From the NCBI GenBank assembly GCA_029564765.1, contig JAKQPK010000023.1, forward strand, positions 11,479-75,478: a DNA stretch of 64,000 nucleotides. Reading direction: 5' to 3'. Each line of letters opens with the position of its first letter. Position 1 is the first letter of the stretch. The notes beneath the pieces were generated by a model that saw only the letters and a list, made by a program, of their open reading frames with translations, was not told the DNA's origin and searched no databases. Positions 58,819 through 64,000 of the stretch are shown here, piece by piece. Both the position numbers and the translations under genes were made by a program. This DNA comes from Candidatus Omnitrophota bacterium. Lineage in GTDB: Bacteria > Omnitrophota > Gorgyraeia > Zapsychrales > Aceulaceae.

Positions 58819-59054
58819 AGGTCCTCAACGATGGCGACAGCCTGACCAATGGACGCTTCTTGGCCAGCTGGCACTAAAATTGTTCTTAAGATACATTTTT
58901 TTTCACAAGGCACATTGAACAAAGCTTTATCCGCCTCAAGCTCAAAAAAGTCTTCTCCCTGAGACACAACATCCTCTGGCTTGTAATGCCATTCGGCAAT
59001 GGTCACTTTGTCGATACCGTCGCCCAGAAAAGGCACTTTAATTTCTTTTGTCAT
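58815..59054 (-). CDS. lipoyl/biotinyl attachment domain protein
   Basis: 79 aa; ELEADKA motif in a single hybrid-barrel domain. Overlaps lipB by 17 nt. Confidence 0.5.
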   Translation of the reverse strand: MTKEIKVPFLGDGIDKVTIAEWHYKPEDVVSQGEDFFELEADKALFNVPCEKKCILRTILVPAGQEASIGQAVAIVEDL

Positions 59055-59697
59055 GGCAGATATCCATCATTTTCAGGTCAAACTTTTTAGCCAGCTGATC
59101 AAGGATCTCTTGCTTAACCAAGTCCATTGAAGCATCAGCCTTAAGCTCGCGAGCAATGGAGGTCATGGTCACATCAAGGCCGCACGGCTTGACCAAAGAG
59201 AAAGGACTCAAGTCTGTGCTGACGTTCAGACCGATCCCGTGATACGTAACCCACTTCTTAACTCCGATCCCTATTGAGGCGATCTTTTTTTCTCTGACAA
59301 AAACGCCTGTATAGCCGTTAAGTCTATTAGCCACTATACCAAAATATTTCAATAAATCAATAACGACATCCTCGAGTTTATAAAGAAATCTTTTTAGGTC
59401 GCGCAAAGGCTCTTTAAGAAAGAAAATAGGATAGGCGATCAACTGTCCAGGCCCGTGGAACGTCACATCCCCTCCTCGGTCCGTTCGCAGGATATCAATG
59501 CCTTGCTGACGGATCGATCCCGGGTCTAATAACGACCCACCTTCCCGCGCTAAGCGACCCAAGGTAAAGACAGGCCTGTGCTCGCAAAGGATAACAGTAG
59601 GGATACGTTCATCAAGGACCTTGCGAACAGTTTGCTGTTGGATGTGATAGGCAGAGAGGAAATCTATGAGCCCTAGATCTATGATATGACACTGCAT
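59038..59697 (-). CDS. lipB: octanoyltransferase
   Basis: 219 aa; RGGDVTFHGPGQ motif and catalytic Cys region (KPCGL). Confidence 0.85.
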   Translation of the reverse strand: MQCHIIDLGLIDFLSAYHIQQQTVRKVLDERIPTVILCEHRPVFTLGRLAREGGSLLDPGSIRQQGIDILRTDRGGDVTFHGPGQLIAYPIFFLKEPLRDLKRFLYKLEDVVIDLLKYFGIVANRLNGYTGVFVREKKIASIGIGVKKWVTYHGIGLNVSTDLSPFSLVKPCGLDVTMTSIARELKADASMDLVKQEILDQLAKKFDLKMMDICHDKRN

Positions 59698-59748
59698 AAA
59701 CGGATCAAAAATTGGGCAACAAATTCTTGGAACAGGGTTTCAGTGAGA

Positions 59749-60843
59749 TCAAAATGATTTCAGCTTTTGGCAGATCGCGTCCGCCATCTCTTGGGTACCG
59801 ACGGCTGAAGGATCATCACGGTTAGGCTTCAGGTCATAGGTGACGAATCGGCCCTCCTTGATGACTTCTCGCACAGCGCGCTCAAGTTTTTGAGCGGCAG
59901 CCGTCTCCCCTAAATGATCAAGCATCAATGCTCCAGAGAGAATGGTCGCTGTCGGGTTGACCTTATTTTTTCCAGTATATTTCGGAGCAGAACCATGGAC
60001 AGGTTCAAATAAGGCGACAGTATCCCCGATGTTGGCGCCTGGGGCGACGCCTAACCCTCCAGCCAAGCCAGCGCAAAGATCCGAAATAATATCGCCGTAT
60101 AAATTAGGCAAGACCAAAACATCAAAGTTAGAAGCTCTCTGCACGAGCTGCATCGTCATATTATCAACGATCACATCTTCAAAAGCAACACGTCCTGCGT
60201 ATTCTTGCGCGATCGCGCGACCTGTCTGCAAAAAAAGCCCATCAGTAAACTTCATAATGTTCGCTTTATGTACGAGGGTCACTTTCTTGCGCCCATGCTT
60301 AACGGCATAATCAAATGCAAAACGAATAATGCGCTCTGACGCGTAAATAGAAATTGGCTTGATCGAAATGGCGGAATCTTGACGGATCTTCTTGGGTTGC
60401 AAATTGTTGATCTCTTGGATCAAATGCAAAGCATTCTGGCTCCCTTTCTCGAACTCGACTCCCATATAGAGATCTTCCGTGTTTTCCCGAAAAATAACAA
60501 GGTCCAAGGCTTTATCCTTACCCTGGGATCCTTCAAAGTATTTTGCGGGACGAACACAAGCAAAAAGGTCCAACTCTTGCCGCAACTGAACATTGACAGA
60601 GCGGAACCCAGTCCCGACGGGAGTAACGATAGGTCCTTTAATGGCAACCTTGTTACGCCTAACGGATTCAATGGCTTGCGGAGGAAGAGGTGTGCCGTAT
60701 TGCTTGATAGCAGGCTCTCCAACCGCTTGCTCTTCCCAGTCAATACGGACGCCTGTGGTATCAATACACCGACGCATCGCCCACGCAACTTCTGGGCCAA
60801 TACCATCACCTGGAAGCAATGTCACTTTATAACTCATAAACAT
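59749..60843 (-). CDS. isocitrate/isopropylmalate dehydrogenase family protein (NAD-IDH or LeuB-like)
   Basis: 364 aa; LLPGDGIGPEV N-terminus and NLYGDIISD motif. Subfamily not resolvable by eye. Confidence 0.75.
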   Translation of the reverse strand: MFMSYKVTLLPGDGIGPEVAWAMRRCIDTTGVRIDWEEQAVGEPAIKQYGTPLPPQAIESVRRNKVAIKGPIVTPVGTGFRSVNVQLRQELDLFACVRPAKYFEGSQGKDKALDLVIFRENTEDLYMGVEFEKGSQNALHLIQEINNLQPKKIRQDSAISIKPISIYASERIIRFAFDYAVKHGRKKVTLVHKANIMKFTDGLFLQTGRAIAQEYAGRVAFEDVIVDNMTMQLVQRASNFDVLVLPNLYGDIISDLCAGLAGGLGVAPGANIGDTVALFEPVHGSAPKYTGKNKVNPTATILSGALMLDHLGETAAAQKLERAVREVIKEGRFVTYDLKPNRDDPSAVGTQEMADAICQKLKSF

Positions 60844-60849
60844 CCTTCA

Positions 60850-61914
60850 TTACTGAACGAGACGCTGAAATTCTTCGGGATTCTTTGCGTTATTAACCGC
60901 TTCTTCGTAGGAAATAATACCGGCCTGATATAGCTCTTGAAGAGATTTATCCATGGTCTTCATGCCATAGCGATGGCCTGTCTGGATGGCTGTTGGAAGC
61001 TGCTCGATGGCTTGCTCTCGGATCAAATGACGGATCCCTGGCGTTGCTACCATGACTTCAGAAGCCAGGATCCTTCCTGTGCCATCTTTGCGCGGAAGAA
61101 GTCTCTGCGAAACGACTCCTGCTAGACAGGAAGAAAGCTGGATCTTCACTTGCTCCTGCTGATGAGGAGGAAAAACGTCTACGATGCGTTCGATCGTCTG
61201 GGGAGCGTCAGGGGTATGCAACGTTGCCAATACAAGGTGTCCTGTCTCAGCAGCTGTTAAGGCCGTCGAGATCGTTTCGAGATCGCGCATTTCTCCAACT
61301 ACAATAACATCAGGATCTTGGCGCAAACAGCGTTTTAAGGCCTCAGAAAAAGAATGTGTATCGCTGAAGACTTCGCGCTGTTTAATGATAGATTTCTTGT
61401 TGTAGTGAATATACTCAATAGGATCCTCAATGCAAATGATCAAGTTCGCCTTCTGATTATTGATCAGATCGATCATGGCTGCCAATGTTGTCGTCTTTCC
61501 CATTCCGGTTGGGCCCGTGACAAGGACAAGCCCATCTTTCTTGAGGGCAAAATCACGTACAGCATTCGGAAGCCCCAGCTCTTCGATAGACGGCAGGAAT
61601 AAGGGAATGCGGCGCAAAGCGATCTCAACAGATCCTCGCTGCATATGCACATTCGCGCGAAAACGGTCTACACCTGGAAGTGCGATAGAAAAATCTAGCT
61701 CTAACTTCTTTTCGAATTGCTCTTTTTGGTCATCAGTAAGGAGACTGTAGATCATTTTCTTTAAAAAATCACGATCCATGGGATCTTGCTTCACAAGTGA
61801 TAGCTGACCGTTGATACGTAAGACTGGAGGGGTATCGTCTGTTAAATGCAGATCAGACGCATTGCGCTCACTTGTCAAGATCAATAAATCGCGGATATCT
61901 ACAGGTTTTGTCAT
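60850..61914 (-). CDS. pilT: type IV pilus retraction ATPase PilT
   Basis: Start at MTKPVDIRDLL (the table ORF extends to 62064). Walker A GPTGMGKTT, Asp box, His box, and AIRHLIRE-like C-terminal motif (GIRHLIRE). Confidence 0.85.
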   Translation of the reverse strand: MTKPVDIRDLLILTSERNASDLHLTDDTPPVLRINGQLSLVKQDPMDRDFLKKMIYSLLTDDQKEQFEKKLELDFSIALPGVDRFRANVHMQRGSVEIALRRIPLFLPSIEELGLPNAVRDFALKKDGLVLVTGPTGMGKTTTLAAMIDLINNQKANLIICIEDPIEYIHYNKKSIIKQREVFSDTHSFSEALKRCLRQDPDVIVVGEMRDLETISTALTAAETGHLVLATLHTPDAPQTIERIVDVFPPHQQEQVKIQLSSCLAGVVSQRLLPRKDGTGRILASEVMVATPGIRHLIREQAIEQLPTAIQTGHRYGMKTMDKSLQELYQAGIISYEEAVNNAKNPEEFQRLVQ

Positions 61915-61918
61915 AAGG

Positions 61919-63094
61919 TCATCCTCTTTGATTGTTTTGGAACCATTCCGCAAGTCGTCTTGTGCCCTCTTCAATACGTTCCATCGACGTCGCAAAGCCC
62001 AAGCGAATATAGTCATCGGCGCCGAAACTTGAGCCCGGGATGCAGGCGACATCCTTTTCATCAAGCACTTTCTTAGCGATAGTATCAGAATCTAACCCGG
62101 TCTTGCTGATATTACAAAAAACATAAAAGGCTCCCTCAGGATAGATATAATCGATCTGGGGTATCTGATCTAAACACTTAACAATAAAATCCCTTCTTTT
62201 TCGGAACTCTTCCTTCATCGCGTTCAGAGTACTTTCATCCGCATTTAAAGCTGCCAAGGCAGCGGCCTGGCTGATCGATGTTGGATTGGACGTGGAATGA
62301 TCTTGGATCTTAGCGACACTCTGGGCGATCTCTTTGGAGGCGCCCAGATAACCAATCCGCCATCCAGTCATGGCATAAGCTTTAGAGACACCATTCACGG
62401 TCACCGTTAGGTTATAAATATCCTTACCCAATGATCCTATAGAAACAAATGGTTCATTCGCGTAGCATAATTTCTCGTAGATCTCATCGCTGACCACAAC
62501 GATATTACGCTTCACGCAGACTGCCGCAATGGACTCAAGCTCTTTGCGCGTATAAACAGTCCCCGTCGGATTGGAAGGAGAATTAATAATAAGGACTTTT
62601 GTACTTGGAGAAATATTTTCTTCGAGCTGGCGAGCCGTGATCTTAAATTTTGTTTTTTCACAAGTTTCTAGGATCTTAGGCGTGGCCCCGGCAAGCTTGA
62701 CCATTTCTGGATAACTCACCCAAAAAGGAGCGGGTATCAAGACCTCATCTCCCGCGTCAACGAGTGCCTGCATGAGCGTATAAAGCGAATGTTTGGCTCC
62801 GCAGGAAACAACGATCTGATCCTTAGGATTGTAGCTGAGCTGATTATCGCGCTGAAATTTATTGGCGATAGCTTGTCGAAGCTCGATCGTACCACTGCTA
62901 GGAGTGTACTTGGTCAGGCCATTTTGGATGGCATCGATCGCGGCTTTCTTAATAAAATCTGGCGTGTCAAAATCGGGCTCACCAGCAGCAAAGCTCACCA
63001 CATCATGCCCCTGGGCTTTCAATTCTTTAGCCCTAGCTGTGATCGCTAAGGTTGTTGACCCAACCGTATTCTTCGCACGGAAAGAAACAGGCAT
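61919..63094 (-). CDS. class I pyridoxal-phosphate aminotransferase (aspartate aminotransferase-like)
   Basis: 391 aa; NPTG, PLP lysine motif SKAYAMTGWRIGY. Confidence 0.85.
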   Translation of the reverse strand: MPVSFRAKNTVGSTTLAITARAKELKAQGHDVVSFAAGEPDFDTPDFIKKAAIDAIQNGLTKYTPSSGTIELRQAIANKFQRDNQLSYNPKDQIVVSCGAKHSLYTLMQALVDAGDEVLIPAPFWVSYPEMVKLAGATPKILETCEKTKFKITARQLEENISPSTKVLIINSPSNPTGTVYTRKELESIAAVCVKRNIVVVSDEIYEKLCYANEPFVSIGSLGKDIYNLTVTVNGVSKAYAMTGWRIGYLGASKEIAQSVAKIQDHSTSNPTSISQAAALAALNADESTLNAMKEEFRKRRDFIVKCLDQIPQIDYIYPEGAFYVFCNISKTGLDSDTIAKKVLDEKDVACIPGSSFGADDYIRLGFATSMERIEEGTRRLAEWFQNNQRG

Positions 63095-63102
63095 AAATAT
63101 TC

Positions 63103-63702
63103 CTATTCGGGTTTCTTATTGCGGAATATATTCTTAATAACACCAGAAGCAGGTTTCACGGACTTTTCTCTGGCGACCCTTGGTGTCTTCTTGTCATCTT
63201 TTTTATCACGATGACTTTCTTTCTTCTTGGGATCGACAGCGTCCTTATCTTTGACCTCTTCGCGAATGACTGCGTCTGTGGCGAAAGGCTCTTTTTTATC
63301 CTTTGATGTCTTTTTGTCTGAAGGTTTAACGGTTTCTTTAGCGATCTTTTCCGTTAGTTCTAAAAGAACAAGGCTGGCATTATCTCCACGACGATTAACT
63401 CCTAAACGAATAATGCGGGTGTATCCTCCAGCACGATCTTTAAATTGCTTCGCGATCTCATTAAAAAGACGGCTAACGAGTTTATGATCACAAAGGATCG
63501 CAAAGGCCCGGCGCTTAGCAGCGAGCGTTCCTTCCTTACCCATTGTGATGATGCGATCAACGAGCTTGCGAGCTTCCTTAGCGCGAGATTCCGTCGTCTG
63601 AATGCGCTGATGAATCAGAACGGACTTCGCGATATCGCGGACCGTTGCAGCACGCCACATTGTTCTGCGCCCAAAGGCTTTTCCAGATTTTCCGTGTCTC
63701 AT
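63103..63702 (-). CDS. rplQ: 50S ribosomal protein L17 with Lys/Asp-rich C-terminal extension
   Basis: 199 aa; N-terminal ~120 aa are canonical L17 (MRHGKSGKAFGRRT...GGYTRIIRLG.RRGD). About 75-aa charged tail. Confidence 0.9.
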   Translation of the reverse strand: MRHGKSGKAFGRRTMWRAATVRDIAKSVLIHQRIQTTESRAKEARKLVDRIITMGKEGTLAAKRRAFAILCDHKLVSRLFNEIAKQFKDRAGGYTRIIRLGVNRRGDNASLVLLELTEKIAKETVKPSDKKTSKDKKEPFATDAVIREEVKDKDAVDPKKKESHRDKKDDKKTPRVAREKSVKPASGVIKNIFRNKKPE

Positions 63703-63708
63703 AGACTC

Positions 63709-64000
63709 TTATGCTTCCTTTTGTCTAAGTTTTTTTGCGTCAATTTTCATGCCTAGCTCAAGACCCATGGCTTTCAGGATCTCGTCGATCTCAGTAAGAG
63801 ACTTCTTGCCGAAGTTGCGGAAGCCTAAAAGCTCCGCTTCACTCTTGCGAACCAGATCTGCGATCGTCTTGATGTTTGATTCACGTAAGCAATTGGAGCT
63901 TCGAACAGAAAGTTCCAGTTCAGAGATCGGCAAACGTAATTTTTCATAAAGAGCTTTCTCCTCAGCGGAGATCTCTTCCTCTTCTTCCTCTTCTTCTGGC
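63709..64000 (-). CDS. rpoA: DNA-directed RNA polymerase alpha subunit, C-terminal part (gene continues past window end)
   Basis: Alpha-CTD motif [10 protein letters not shown]...I.DL; reading frame open to the window edge. Classical rpoA-rplQ order. Confidence 0.8.
   Translation of the reverse strand, partial: PEEEEEEEEISAEEKALYEKLRLPISELELSVRSSNCLRESNIKTIADLVRKSEAELLGFRNFGKKSLTEIDEILKAMGLELGMKIDAKKLRQKEA

Overview
This is a bacterial chromosomal segment of moderate GC. Almost all genes lie on the minus strand in long, tightly packed and often start/stop-overlapping operons.

The core is housekeeping: nfnAB-like oxidoreductase, tatD, dtd, a Hel308/Ski2-type helicase, the phoH-pgpH-ybeY-recO block, aspS, hisS, HU, dnaE, guaA plus a CBS-less guaB-like gene, groESL with a textbook CIRCE operator and sigma-70-like promoter, coaX, uvrB, aroB, dgt, heptose-nucleotide genes (rfaE2, gmhA), pfk, accBC, efp, aroQ, lipB, pilT, an aminotransferase, rplQ and the 3' end of rpoA. 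There is a c-di-GMP / pilus-secretion flavoured neighbourhood: two single-domain PilZ genes, a divergent ExeA-like ATPase with a PilP/GspC-like partner, and a GAF-HD-GYP protein. One tRNA-Gly(CCC) was found by hand-folding.

Two visibly AT-rich insertions look accessory:
- About 2.95-6.08 kb, between tatD and dtd: a DUF2971 protein, a 425-aa protein with an HsdR-N-like PD-(D/E)xK nuclease domain, two ~92-aa internal tandem repeats and a VirE-C-like tail, and a RhuM-Doc/Fic protein.
- About 24.3-26.9 kb, between ppnP and groEL: a 770-bp non-coding stretch with a 53-bp-period direct repeat and hairpins, a second divergent dGTPase-family paralog, and an ORF6N/KilA-N-like protein.

A conserved ~18-nt motif (AGAAA[G/C]GTT[T/C]T.GGGGTT) sits 17-30 nt upstream of the start codons of three island genes, with variant copies inside the non-coding stretch. 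It links the two islands and is the most distinctive signal in the window.

No integrase, transposase, CRISPR array or rRNA was found.
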